Below, one piece after another: positions 1 to 12,810 of a stretch of DNA of 64,000 nt; the stretch's first letter is position 1; every line of letters begins with the position of its first letter. The notes under the pieces are model-generated. The model saw nothing but the letters and a program-made list of their open reading frames with translations, did no database searches and had not been told where the DNA came from. The stretch comes from Camelus dromedarius (Eukaryota). Location: assembly GCF_036321535.1 (NCBI RefSeq), contig NC_087437.1, positions 54,500,001 to 54,564,000 on the forward strand. The letters run 5' to 3'. The translations under genes were made by a program, and so were the position numbers.

Positions 1-350
1 TCCAGTGTTTTGAAAGGTGGTGCCAGGAGGCACAGTGCTCGTGGTTGGGCTTGCTTGGTAATGTCTCTCAGTCTTATCTTTTTAATATAGTGGCAGGATG
101 CACACTGCTGAGTTGGTAAGTGGGAAGGAGAAGTGCGGTGGAGTCAACTGTCTGTTCCTTGGGGCTTTCTGTATTCATCACAGGAGGAGGTGTCGGACAT
201 GGCCAGACCACAGAGCCCGCTGACTTCGGTTCATGCCAGATCGAAATCAGTGGCAAAATTGGGAGGACTTTGATGATGCTGAATTGAGGAGGCTTCAGGT
301 TCTCACAGTGGTTCTCAGAGGGCTGGAAGGATCAGATAGGTCATCCAGTT

Positions 351-492
351 TAGGGGTTCTCAGACTCACAGGAACACCAGAGTCATCCTGGAGGGTTTGC
401 TGGACCCCATCCCACAGATGCTGATGCAGTGGATCATGAATCTGCATTTCCGACAAGCTCATGGGTTGTGTCGATGCTGATGAGAACCACTG
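351..492. mobile_element. MER5A-like hAT-Charlie non-autonomous DNA element inserted in a MIR
   Basis: Right TIR TGAGAACCACTG at 481-492 and degenerate left TIR TAGGGGTTCTCA at 351. Internal GAATCTGCATTTC..ACAAGCTC resembles MER5A. MIR-like sequence continues on both sides. A perfect CAGTGGTTCTCA at 306-317 is an alternative left end. Confidence 0.7.
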
Positions 493-834
493 ACCTAGTC
501 CAACTGCTGGTCTGTTTGTTTTTTATAGATGGGGGAATGAGACCCGGAGATAGGTGGAAAGGACTTGCTCAGAGTCGCACAGCCATCAGGGACGAAGCTG
601 GAGACAAAACCAGGAATCCTGGCTTGAAGTCAGCTCCACGTTGTCTCCAGAGACGGTGCAGGAGCAACATTATTAGTTCTACTGCAGAGTGGTGATTTGG
701 TTTCACCAGCTTTGCCTAGTCTGGTCACAGATTTGTTTTTTAGGGTCTTCTGTTTAGCTCTCTCCAGCTACATTTTCTTATGCAGCTAACCCAACTTTTC
801 GATGACTGCTGTGCACTGCGAATTGCATTTGAGC

Positions 835-1200
835 CAGCGGTGGTGTAGCACTGTGGTGATCTAAGGCAGGCGCTTCAGCTAGTCTGACTTGAGTAAATTA
901 CTTTTTCACTTTCTCATCCGAAAATGAGAACAGTAACACCTCCTAAGACTGCTGGTAGGGCACCGAGCATGTACCCTGTCCTCACTCTGAATGGTAGCTC
1001 TCACTGCCATTCGTATTGCTAAAGAGAGTAAGATATGGTCCGCACCCTTTCCTGCATAGGTGGCTCCCTGAGCTCTGCAATTAAGAGAACGTGGGAATTA
1101 GTAGAAGAGACACATGGCTTGGAATTAGAAGAGCTGAGTTCAAGTCCCAACTTTGTCACTTTTTAGCTTGTGGTCTTGGGCAAGTCACCTGACCTCTCTG
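835..1200 (+). mobile_element. two MIR SINE fragments
   Basis: MIR core-like text: CTTTCTCATCCGAAAATGAGA..CACCTCCTAAGACTG, then AGTTCAAGTCCCAACTTTGTCACT..TGTGGTCTTGGGCAAGTCACCTGACCTCTCTGAGC. Confidence 0.65.
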
Positions 1201-2889
1201 AGCGATAATTTGAAGCAGGTAAACTTAGTCTATGTAATAGAAGAGCATAATGAGCAAGAGGAAAGACAGAAATTGGGAAGGAGTGGAAATTTGTCTAGTA
1301 AGTCCAAGTGTTGGGTTGATGGGGAATGATTCTTAATGAGAAGAGGCCAGCAGAAGGAGTTGGGTGCCTGAGGCTTAGCGTTGGAAGGGGCAGTAGGCTT
1401 GGGGGTGGTCTGGTGTTGGTGGACTGGGCTGGCCAGCCCAGAGAGGGGCTTGCTCACAACCCAGGAGAGATGTCCTCACTCCCATATCTGGGTCCCCACC
1501 AGTGGAGAACCACCAGGACTGGGAGGGAGAGCTGGTTGAAGTAAAGTGGGTACCAGCATTGGAGCTTGGCCAGAGTGATGGCATCTGCCTTGGACTGGGG
1601 CCTTGAGACATATTCACAGTTCTGCACTCTAGACCAGCATAGGAGGGTGAAAGATGGTGCAGTGATTGGAACCCTGGATTGACCTGGCACCTTGGTTTCT
1701 GTGTTTATTTAACAGCAAGGAGATTAGATTAGAAAGGTACTGGACATGATTGCTGTATTTCTCATGATTGGTTCTGGGAGAGGCCTGGCTAGAGATCAAG
1801 GTGGTCCTCAGGAAGATAAAGAGAAGGGCTCCCCCGAGCCTCAGTTTCCTTACCTGTAAAATGGGAGTGGTGATGGTGATTATGTTGATGTTGTCTGTTT
1901 CTGTCTGGATCCAGGATGGAGGTACTTGTCTGTGGGAAGGTGCTTCCTGATGCTGAAATACCGGAGACTTGCGTGGTGGTGTATTACAGGGGGGGGGGCT
2001 CCAGAGAGTGGCAGAGGCATGAGAGATGGAGAGGTGGAGCTGCCTCGGGGGGAGGACGGTGATGGCTGCTGCCCAGGCAGGACAGGGGTGCTGGGAGGCT
2101 GTGGCTGTGTGTGTGACGAATGTGTTGGGTGTAAGAGTCCATGAAGATGTTGCCTGGCCCGGGCTGGTCCAGTGCACACTCTTTTCCTTTCACAGCCATG
2201 GATCTTTTGGCACGGGTGGGTCTGGGGGCTCGACGGGGTGGACACTGCAGCACCCTCAGTTCACACGGGTGAGACGAGCGAGGCTCTTGTGGTCTCACTT
2301 CGACAGGGGTATCTTGGCGGTGGCGGTGCTCCTGGGTGTCCCGGCTGTCTCGTTGCTTCATAGCCAGTCTGTGCTTGGAGAGACCTCTGGGGTTCAGCTC
2401 ATTTCACAGACCAGGGAGCGAGGCGCTTTGGGAAGTCTGTCCCCCGTCAAGTGCACCGCATGCCCATGGGAAGGGCCTCTGTGCCCCTCCCAGCGCCTCT
2501 CCCCCCGTGCTCCTCCTCCTTCCTCTGGCAGGTTCCCCTCACACTGTAGCCCATTTAGGCCGAGCCCCATGTTTTCCTTCCTCTGCACATCTTGACTGCT
2601 CTCTTCTCTGCTGCCTAGGGCTACCTGGGCACCTGGCTGCTTGCTGCCACTTGCTTTTCCAGGGTCTTGGACTATCCCTTTCTTCAGATCTTCCCTCAAG
2701 ACAATACAGTGTCATTCTTCCAGTGTTTGTCTTCTGCCCACCGCATCAAACCTCCCTCTTCCGTGGCTGGAATGCCATCCTGAGTGATCTCTTTGGTTCC
2801 CTCACCTCTGGGTCACGCTGTTGGTGAGTCAGAGTGAGAATCCATCAGGCACAAGGTTTTGCTTGGTGCATGGCCGACTGTGGGGCAGA

Positions 2890-3090
2890 GGACACGTGTC
2901 GACTCCACGTCCATTGTCTGCCTGTCCCGGGTCTGGGCGAAGAAGGTGAATCAGGTACTCTTTCGGCCATCTGGGAGGTTGTGGTCGACACAGGAAGCAG
3001 ACATGCAAACCAGGCTGGGGCAGCGGGTGCAGCAGCGCCGTGTGGGTGTGCGCACAGTATGCAGAGGAAGCGTCGCAGCAGCGGGGTGAT
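2890..3090 (-). mobile_element. L2 3' end fragment, GC-shifted
   Basis: Colinear by eye with the antisense L2 3' terminus (..GGTGAATCAGGTAC..GGGAGGTTGTGGTC..GGAAGCAGACATGCAAAC..), with many apparent AT-to-GC changes. Confidence 0.5.
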
Positions 3091-5289
3091 GGCGAGAGCC
3101 CGTCAGGGTTGCAGATCGCTGGCCCTATGGGCATGCAGACATGTATGACCACCAAGAAAGAAAAAGACATTCTGAGAGCGTTGAGGTGGGCCCTGCATAG
3201 CCACAGTCCTCCCTTCGCTGTTGATCGAGGAAGCGGGCTCAGCCCCAGGGCTTTTGAATCTGCCCCTGGAAGGCTGTGCTGAATCTTCTACAGCAGCCTC
3301 TCTCTCTGGCTCGTATGTGAACCTCAGACGGGCAGCCCTGCACAAGCCAGCCCTGCGATCTCCTCCCGGGCTCCCACCTCAGCTCTGCAGCTCATTTCCC
3401 GCCTTGGCCCCAGGGCCCCTGGAGGCTGGGAGGGATGGCCTCTGTGTCCTGGTTTCCCCTGTGGTTGCGGAGTCCCTGTCCTCCTGGGGTGCCCATGTCT
3501 GAGACACACGTGTTTGTTCAAAGCAAGCTCTGTGCTTCCAGGTTCCTCCCTTTTTTTCATAGTTCCACTTAAATCCGTCTTGAGTGGGTCTGAGTGTCTC
3601 CTGCCAGCGCTGTTCCTTCTGGTTTACGGGAACCCCATGTCTCATCCTGCTGGGAAGCCAGGCATGCACAGGACTTCAGCACAGCCTCTCTGCGGCCTCT
3701 TCTCTCCAGGATCATGACCTCCAGCTGGAGAAGGGACCATCCCGGCCCTGTCTTATCTGACCTCCCACGTTCCCTACATGTAAGGCTTTCTTCCTCTTCC
3801 TCCTCATGCACTCAGCCTCCTGCCTTGGGTCCACTGGACAGAATGGTACCCACAGGCTGTTCCTGTGCTTGGTGTCTGTGCCTGACACTCAGGAGTGACT
3901 TGGGAGGCAGCACAGAGGGCTGGCTGGGTCTAGTTTTAGGAGGGAGTCAGAACGGCCTCTGTTAATGCCTGGGACAATAAAAATGTGTTGGTTTGACTTT
4001 CTAATTAATTTTGTATCTAGGCACAAACATATGCACAGCCTTGCTAGGAGAAGGATCCTTGAAGGAGGATTGTTTCGTGAGCAGAACTCAGTGGGAAAAC
4101 ACTTACCTTCCAGTTTTGTCCCTGCTCTGCCCGGGCTTCAGTGATCCCTGCCTCTGCTTTAGGGCGGGTGTGTCTCCTCCAGCTTCCCGGCTGGCCACCT
4201 GCCTTCTCTCCTTCTCCCATGGCCTGTGGGTAAAATCCCTCCCCGGGCACACCTCCACCTTTGCCACGGTTCTAGGAGTATCTTTTGCCATCCCCTGCCC
4301 GTCACACTCTATGCTCCAGCCACCACGAGTGTGTCACTGGTCACCCCGTCTCGCACGCCTGTGTGTCTTCACTTGTGCTTTCTTCTTGGCTCAGGGCCCT
4401 TTGTTTCTAACTGGTGAGCATCTGCTCGTCCCTCAGAAGGTGGCACAGATGTCTCCTCTTCCCGAACCTCCTCTCAATCCCTCAGGAAGAACTGAAAGCA
4501 AAAAAACAAACCCACATTTTCTAAGTATTGCTCTAAGCACAGTACATGCTCATAATAAAATATTTCAAAGATACACAACCAAATAAAGACTGTGTCCCTG
4601 GGTGGCGAGGGACTCGGCAGCCTGGGTGCAGAGAACAGACGGGGTCACGTGCTGCTCTCCCCTTCCCTCCCGTCTCTGCCCTCCTTCCTGGTCCCTGCGT
4701 TTGGGGCTGTGACTGGAGAGACTTGACACCATCCACAGCTCCAAGGGGCCGTGGCATCTAATGTCCTTCCCTCTGCAGAGTGGTGGGTGGACAGCACCCT
4801 TGAAGGCAGTAGTAAGGAATCTGCGTTCCCTCTGATTTTTCACTGTCCTCTCAGTGCCAGGGTTTTTAATGGGAAGTCTGGTCAGCCCTTGCTTCTAGTC
4901 ACGCTAACCAGCAGCAAACAGAACGGGATGTTGGCTGAGGCTTTGCAAAGACCTCTTGCGGAAGGGTGGGCGGGCATCACGGAGGGGTCAGGGCTGCAAC
5001 AAGCCCTCTGATTCTGCAGCAGGCTGGAAGGGGAAACAGGAATAGAACGAATGACCATGAGAGCTGCTGTTCATCGAGTGCACACTGCGCCGGGCACGCT
5101 GCCTGAGTGATATTTCCGTTCCTTCTTTAGCAGCCCTGAGAGGCCTGCGGGGTTCCATGCCTTCCCCCATGTGGCAGGCTGGGAGGTGGCCCCAGTTCTG
5201 CTTGATCCCCAAGTCCATGCTCTTAGTTGTCACGTGCCACTGCGCCCCCCCTGGTCCTTAGGAATTTAACTGAAAGGCCCAGGGGGAAA

Positions 5290-5465
5290 GATTGAACTCA
5301 GTATTTAAGAACATATGATAAGAGATGTTAAAAATGGTGTGGACTGCTTCAGGTGGTGCAAGGCTTCTGATCACTGGAGGTGCTCAAGGAGAGATCGTGT
5401 GCCTCTATTGGGAGGTTGTCAGATGGGGATTCGACCGGCCAAGATGTTGTGGATCTAATTGGAGG
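5290..5465 (+). mobile_element. L3/CR1 LINE 3' fragment
   Basis: ATCACTGGAGGTGCTCAAG..GGGAGGTTGT..GGATCTA resembles the L3 3' end. Confidence 0.55.
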
Positions 5466-8400
5466 ACCCAGTCATAAACAATAAAAAGTACGTGAGATAA
5501 AAATTTGTAGATTGGGCCTGAGCGAGGCACTGAAGTTTTAAGTTTGTACGGTCTGCTTCCAGCTGTGGCAGCTGTGCTGCGGTGGTTTCTGAGTGCCTCC
5601 AACGTGCCACGATGGCCAGACGTCCCGAGGGTGAGGACCCACCCACCGGTATCTTCCTGTCCACCAGGGGTGGGAGGACACGCTCCCATGAAAAGATAGA
5701 CTGTCCAAGACCAGACAGTGTGAGGAAAGCGAACGAGAGTGTGGGGACCTGTGCTCCTAAAGTGCTGGGCTTGAACTGGGCTTTGGAGAATGCTCAGGCT
5801 CCTTCAAGTGGAGCTCACTGACTGTGTGCTGGAAAGGCAGGGCTGGAGGACCTTGGGTGATAAGGAACTGAAGACTGGATCTCTTGGGCTTCTTCCTAAA
5901 GTTAGGAAGGGATCTGTTAAAGCGCTTTTGTTTTGTTTTGTTTGGTTTTTTTGTTTTTGCAAAGTAGTGGAGAAAGGGCAGGGATGTCTTGCCTATTTCT
6001 GTAAGCACCTGCTGTGTGGCCACTGTGGCTGGAGCAAGCAGAACTCACCTTATCTAAGGATGAGCAGACGTGAGCTGGAAGGAGAGGCCGGGCAGGGACC
6101 TATTGGAGAGGGAGCTGTGTGGGTGGAAGTGTGGGTGAATTGTGACTGTCTCAGTGCGATTGAAATGTGTAAGGGTGTGTAAGGTCCCACGTCTCTTTGT
6201 TCTCCTTGATCTTCACCTGGATTCAGTACCGTGGTATGTAGAGCCAGAAAGAGCTGGAGAATTCTCAGTACTTTGGTCTCCCATCTCTCTGTCTGGTACC
6301 TTCTAGTAATTGAAAGCTGAGGAAGAGGAGTGACTTGAAGCTACTGGAAAAGTGCCTTTGTATCTTTATGTCCGCCCCCTCCTTCTTCAGCATGGAAGAG
6401 ATTCCACTGTGTATTACTAACCTATCAGGTGCTTCATCTTCCTCCCACCACTTCCACCTGGGAGACGTGCTAAGAGAACTAAAGTGTGTGTGCAGCTTTC
6501 TGTGCGAGCGGTCCGGGGATGCTGGCTTAGGCAAGGTGTGCATGGCTGCCCGTAAGGAGGCTGGGAAGCGGGAGTGGATGGCGTGGCTTTTGCTGTGCCA
6601 ATACTTGTCTAATAATTTGCTTATCCATGGCCTCCTATTAGGCTGAGTATTTTCAGGGCAGCCTTGATGTGTTACTCAGCTCTGTACCTAGACACTTCAC
6701 ACAGCATAGTGCCTACACGGGCTAATTGCTCAGTACATTTTTGCCAGATGTACGAATGAAGGAATTACCTGTACTCATTACCTGAATCTCCTTCTTCTTT
6801 TTCACAGTAATTTAAAACCTCTTCCCACTTCCATTATGAATACATTAAAATGTCTTTATAGTATGTTGATGAAACAGATATGGGGGAAACGTGTCTTTAT
6901 AATAAAGTAGTTAATTCTAGCTCTCTCTGTTATTCATCAGCTTTTAAAAAATTTTTAAGAATTTTAAAAATCATATGTTCTCTCCTATGGGCATTGCTTA
7001 AAAAAAGAAAAGAAAGGACTTCCCTCATCTGCCTTCATATGCTTATGCCCAATGGAAGTTACTTCTTACCTTCTGATGCAGTGTAAGACCATTAAGGATG
7101 GGTGACAGGATACCTGGGAAGTCCCCTTAAATTCACTGGCTGGAAAGTTTTGAAGAATTCATGGAAGATTCTCATGGGAGTATCTGGGTAGCTGGTAGCC
7201 AGGTGGACACTTGCTAATGTGTAACAGATTTACAAACATGGGCCAAGGCATGCAAGGAACGGCTATATTTAAGTAGCTGATCTCAGTACCAACCTGGGTT
7301 TCGATTTCATGATGTCCAAATAAAGGGCCAGGAGGGTTCATGTGTCTCCAAGGGTTGAGGTGAGAGGAATTGATCAGTGGATACGATGTAGGGAGAACAC
7401 ACCTCAGGCTGTGTTTCATTTGTTGAACACCAACCTCTAGTTTCTTTTTTGTACACGATCGCAAAGCAGTGTCCCTAAGTCATGGAGTTGCCCCATGTGA
7501 TGGGGAAACTGGCACCACCAGTAGCTGAGTTGGATCTCAAATCTTTATTCCATCACAAGGTCATGATCCAGCCCTATTTGAAGACTCCTTCCCCTGTACC
7601 TCTTCTTTTTCCCCAAACAGAGGAAATTTGGCATCACTCCTGTCAAGTTTCTGGGGGAAAGTTTTGGGTGGATATGCAGGGAAAATGAGCAGCTGGACAC
7701 AGAACTACAAAAGGCAGACCTCCCCGATGCATGTTTGAGAGACACGTGCCAGGCGAAGCAGCTGTCCCGAGCCACCCACCCAAGAAGCCTGGCTGTGTTT
7801 GGAGGGTCTCAGGTGCACGGATGCTGAGAATCCCTGGGCTCCTGACGTCGGCGCTCAGACCTGTGGGTGTGTGGGGGCTCCTGCTGTGCGATCCTTTCCT
7901 GCTTAAGGCCAGGACCCTGTGGAATGTCAAACCCTGAGAGATGACGGCTGAGCCTGGGCCCAGGTTGTGAAAGGCTCTAAATGCTGAGACGGTGACAGCT
8001 AAGGTGTTGGACGGTGTGAGGGGGAGCCCTTCAACACCGGCACAGTGAAATTTTGGAAATCCCTAAAAATGGAAATCCGTGAGAGTGGTGCTCTGAACTC
8101 TGAGAGATGTCCACACGTGGTCACTTAGCCCCTTGGCCTTGTTTGCAGAGACGCCTTCTTTTCCTACTCTTTTTGGTGGCACAGGAAGAAAAGGCGTGGT
8201 CTGGAGTTTGTGCCCAGTTTCTCTCCAGCTTCATGACCTTGAAGAGGTTGTTCCTCCTCCCCGAGCTCCAGATTCTCCAGCTTCATCTGTAAAACCCTAC
8301 TGGGTGGTCGCAGGGGTTGGAGGGAACGCCTGTTGGCAGCGCTGTGTGCTCGAAGTTCTGTTTTCGCCCATCTTCTCGGTTGGCTCCCTGCGGTCAAGGT

Positions 8401-9232
8401 TCGGGTCTGATTCTCCCCTGCCCTCCCCGTGGCACTGGGCGCATGCCTGGTGAATGGAGGGTGCCCAGGAAATGGGTCTTAGGTGACTGAAGATAAGAAG
8501 TGTTCAGGCTGATGGCTGACATTCCCCTGGTTTTAGAAACCGAAGAGGGGAAGAAAAAATGGTTTAGGATGGATTGTCAGGCCTGCGGGTTCCTGTTTCC
8601 TCATTCGGGGTGCAGCCTGGGATTGCCCGGAGCCACAGTTCCTTAGGACTTACCACCTCAGGCCTAAATCTGCCTCCTTTAATTACCTCCTTTCCAGGGA
8701 GCAGGAGTCCTTGTTGTCTGCCCAGAAGCGGCTAATTATAGCTCCAGCCTCCAGGCCCTGGTGCGCTTCTAGGCCGCAGGACTGCGCAGCCTGAGCTGTC
8801 TGTTGATTTTGGGGGTTTCCTCAGGGATTCTTTACATTTTCAAGCTTTCACTGGGGACTGCTTTTTATTTTGAAGCCAGTGGAGAAAGTGGAGGGGCACA
8901 GAGTGTTCAAAATTTTATAGGAAAATGTTAGGAGAGAGTTAAGGAGTTTGGGAAGTGAAAGGGAGAGGGGAGTTTTAAAAAAGAGGCCGAGAGACTTAAA
9001 AAGGGGACCTTGGTTGTACATTTAGTATCTCCACAAGAGTGACATTTGCTAATGGTTTTCCCAAGAAAGCCCCTTCACATTTGACCTCTGTGACCTCTGG
9101 GTCATGCTAGTTGGAGCAATTCCTTTTTCCTTTGAAATATTATTTAAAAAAAATTTTAAATGATGTTCAAATAAATACTCACAGTAAAAATTAATAAAAT
9201 ACTACAGAGTGTTGATTAAAAAAAAAAAACCT

Positions 9233-9372
9233 GGGGGGAGGGTATAGCTCAAGTGGTAGAGCGCATGCTCAGCACGCACGAGGTCCTGGGTTCAATCCCC
9301 TGTGCCTCCTCTAAAAATAAAAGAACTAAGTAAACCTAATTACCCCCCCCGAAAAACCTAAATAAATAAATT
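9233..9372 (+). mobile_element. tRNA-Ala(AGC)-derived SINE (vic-1-like), long-tail form
   Basis: GGGGGGAGGGTATAGCTCAAGTGGTAGAGCGCATGCTCAGCACGCACGAGGTCCTGGGTTCAATCCCC has Pol III A and B boxes and a tRNA-Ala-like head. It is followed by a TAAGTAAACCTAATTACCCCC tail and an A-rich end. Confidence 0.9.
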
Positions 9373-9429
9373 ACTCTTCAAAAACAACAATAACAAAAAA
9401 CCCCCCAAACCCTAAAAAACTAAAAAGAA

Positions 9430-10790
9430 GAATTTCTTGTCCATCTCTCCCCACCCCAGTCCCTTCTCCGCATTTACAGTAACCGTTTTTGTTAGTAATT
9501 CTTCCAGTGGTTATTGTCATATCTCTAAATACCTTTAGTTTTTGAGTTATTAGTTTTAGACATGCCTGTGGGCTTTTACGATAGGCGAGGACTAGCTCGT
9601 GCATCCGCTGGCGCTCCCATCCCCCTTCCCAGTCTTTGACTACCGGACATTTTTTTTACTCTCTCTGGGTTCGTTTCCTTTACACATTTTATATAAGGTG
9701 CATAGATATCCATTTCTTGTTATGTCAACTTCTGGCAGCGTCTGTTCGCCCACCATTTTGTACGATGAAGACGCTGAGGTTTCTCTCTCCCTTTCCTCTC
9801 CTACTCTTATAATTTGTCAGTTATGTTTTATGTTACCTTTTGCATCTCCCGTTTTATAGCAGATGCATGTCTACCTGCACTTTTATATGGTTTTGTAACC
9901 ATAATTGAGTCTTCTGTGCTGTGTCTGTGGGTTGATTTCAAAAGCTGGAAAACAACAACATTTAGATGATGATTTCTAGGTCAATATTGCTCAGTACAGG
10001 ACCAGTCATGTACTGTGGTTTCATTTCCTTTTCCAGGCTTCAGAGGTCACCATCTTTAAGCCTCTCGCAGGGGATGGAACTTTACCTTCATCCCAGGTTG
10101 TTGTATTTCTACAATGAGCGTCTTGGCTTTTTTTTTTTTTTTTTTTGGTTAATATTTTTGGGGTTTGTATTTTTTGGATTGGGAGAAGAAAATGAAGTAA
10201 TAGAGTATTTTCTACCATATCCTATACATCTTTTGATTTCTCATTGTTTTCCTGCCTACTTGGAGTCTGTTCCGTGTTTCTTCTTAAAGTTCCATCAACT
10301 TTTTCTTTTATTTTGGACTGGTTTCTCCAAATTTGCGTCACGATTTCTCACGCAATCTTTTGGTTTTTTTTTTTTTTTGGGAGTTTCTGATTGCCTTCTT
10401 CTATTTAAACCCCTGTATCTTTATCATAGCTCCAGATATTTCCAGGCTGTCATGGAGGAGCCTGAGTCATGCCGTTAGCTGTTAGTCATCATCATTATTA
10501 TTCAAAAGAAGGTATATTATTAAAATATTATCTACCAGTACTTTCTTATACTTATTCTTACTAGGCAGTTTGGCTTTTCTATCCTCCAATCAATATTCAT
10601 AAACGTTTTCAGATTATTTTATAATTCTCACATTTTTAGTTGCCACATATTCCATTGAGTGGAGGGACTATTCTACAGTTTAGCCATTTACGTATTTTAG
10701 GATATGGATTATTGCCAGTTCTTTTCTCTTCTAAATAATGCTGTTGTGAACATTTTAATGCATAAAGGTCTTTTTCCTTAGTTTGTTTTA
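9430..10790 (-). mobile_element. fragmented ancient L1 (L1M/L1ME-like)
   Basis: T-rich tract containing antisense L1 ORF2/3' motifs such as ATATTCCATTGAGTGGA..TTAGCCATT..AAATAATGCTGTTGTGAACATTTT (10625-10770). The internal portion is poorly resolved. Confidence 0.5.
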
Positions 10791-12589
10791 TGAGTGCCTA
10801 GCAGGGAAGGAAAACTGGGAAACCTGTGTCATCATCTTTGAGGACGTATTCCAGTGACTCTGCTTGTGTTGGAGTCTCATAGGGCTCACCTGGCATTTCT
10901 TATTGAGAACCTTTTTTTTTTTTTTTTTTTGAAAAGAGTAGGGAAGCAGGAGAGAAGCACCCACCTCTGAATCAGCACGTTGAGTTTTCTTGGCAGCCTT
11001 AGGGAGATTTAGTATGATTTATTGCAGGCCTGATACTGCCTAGAAATCCACTGACTCTTGCCTTCTTTAAGTGAGCCCTCTGGGGTCAGCTGTGGCTTGT
11101 GACTTAGGCCCGTGACGCTCTTATCACCCCAGGACTTCATGTGACAATTTTCTTGGCCAAGTATTGTTCGGCCTGGTTGCCTGCAAGAAGATCACCTCTC
11201 TTATTCGCTGGGATTGTCTCTCAGTGACTGTTGAAAAAATCAGAATCCATCTTCAAAATCAAAGAGTTCTTGCTGATTCCATTCCATTCCACTGAGAATT
11301 TTCTATAAGGTCTACAACTACTTCTACACGTAGTTTATAAGGAAGGGATTTGAAGAATGGCAGGGTTGTTAGAATAAAGGAACCACGGTGAAGAAATCCA
11401 CAGGATGCCTGAATTTTGACATATTGATGGGACTGCCTTATTGTTTTATTGTCATCCTGCAGCATGCATTAGTGTAAACTTCATCAGCTTGGCAGCATTT
11501 ACTCTTATGTTATTTACAACGTCTGTGTGACATAATTACATACAAATGGGACCCTGGTCTTTAAAAAGCTTTACAGCTCATTGATGAACACTGATCACAC
11601 AGTAAAGAACATACACCCTGTTGCACTATGGGAAAATTCCGAGCTTAACGAGTCACAGGCTAATTATTTTGGACAGTGGGTGATAATATTATATTGAAAG
11701 TGATGATGAGAAACACGCATCCAGCATATCCCAGCTTGGAGAGGATCTGTTCCAGCAGTCCCACTTTAATATGAGAAACTGCAGACCAAGAGCGGGGAAG
11801 GACTCGCTCAAGGTCATGCAAGTGGTTAGTGGCAGAACCAAGTCTAGGCTCCATACCCCCTCGCTTCTAGTCTCTTGTTCTTTTCTTAGACCACTTATAA
11901 TTTAAAACATTTGCAGTTTTATTTCTAGGTGTGTAGATGTTAGTTCACGGGGCTGGAAAAACTAGAGAAAATTCCCATAATCTACAGAGATGCAGAATAT
12001 TTAATAATGGATAGGCTGCACTTGCCTGGACTGGAATCAGCGAGACCTTAGGCTCTGAGACATAAGGAGTCATTCCTGAGATGAGAGGAAGTGGTGGGCA
12101 AGCCAGGGTCCTCTCTTAGGAGGTAACTGGAGCTGTGCTGTTGTTACTGATCTCTGGGGACCTTGGGGGTTTGTTCTCGGCTAAGACACTCCCATTCTCT
12201 AGAACACATATTCCCCATCTATAAAATAAGGGAGTTGAACCTGGCCGGCTGGGCTTTGTAGACCTTTCAGCTCTGAGTTTTGTGAGCCCATGATCCTGTG
12301 TTATGGCCTATGTTCAGGATGACTTGGGGGGAAAAAAAAGACCTTGTTGAATCACTCCCAGCATCACCTTCTTTGGTCTGGCTGGAAAGTAGGTCAGCGC
12401 TTGGCACACATGAAAATGTGGTCGTCTGCAGCTGTGAGCTCTTCCTGGGTCCCCCTTGAAGACACCTGCCACAGGAAGGCTCTGGGGGAGGGAAAGTCAC
12501 TCGGAGGTGGAGAAGCACTTATGTGTGGCCCAGGTGCTGCAGGAGGCAGGGTGATGGCTAGGGGGAGACGTAGAGAAAGGGGACTGGCG

Positions 12590-12810
12590 TTTATTGACTG
12601 CTTATCTTGTGCGGAGCACTGGCCAATATTCTTTTTTTTAAAAACTCCTTCCAGACATACTGACAGTAGGTGTCATTATCTGGATTTTAAGGCTGAAGCG
12701 ATGGAGGCTTGGAGAGGTTTAGTTATCTGTCCGTTGTTAGGCTGCTGGTAAGTGAGGGTGGAGGGAGTCAGTATTGGGTCTGACTTCAAATCCTCTTCTC
12801 TTTCACAGTC
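12590..12810 (-). mobile_element. MIR SINE
   Basis: TTTATTGACTGCTTA..AGTAGGTGTCATTATC..ATTTTAAGGCTGAAG..TGGAGGCTTGGAGAGGTTAG..TCTGACTTCAAATCC. Confidence 0.7.

Noticed and set aside
91..115. 25-nt segment between ..TTTAATATAG and GTAAGT
   Set aside because: Not frame-preserving, weak acceptor and no recognisable peptide; likely a pseudo-exon.
9236..9310. Apparent tRNA-Ala gene (also at 14361, 54181, 57390)
   Set aside because: Altered 5' end and stems, SINE tails, poly(A) and a clear TSD on at least one copy show these are SINEs.
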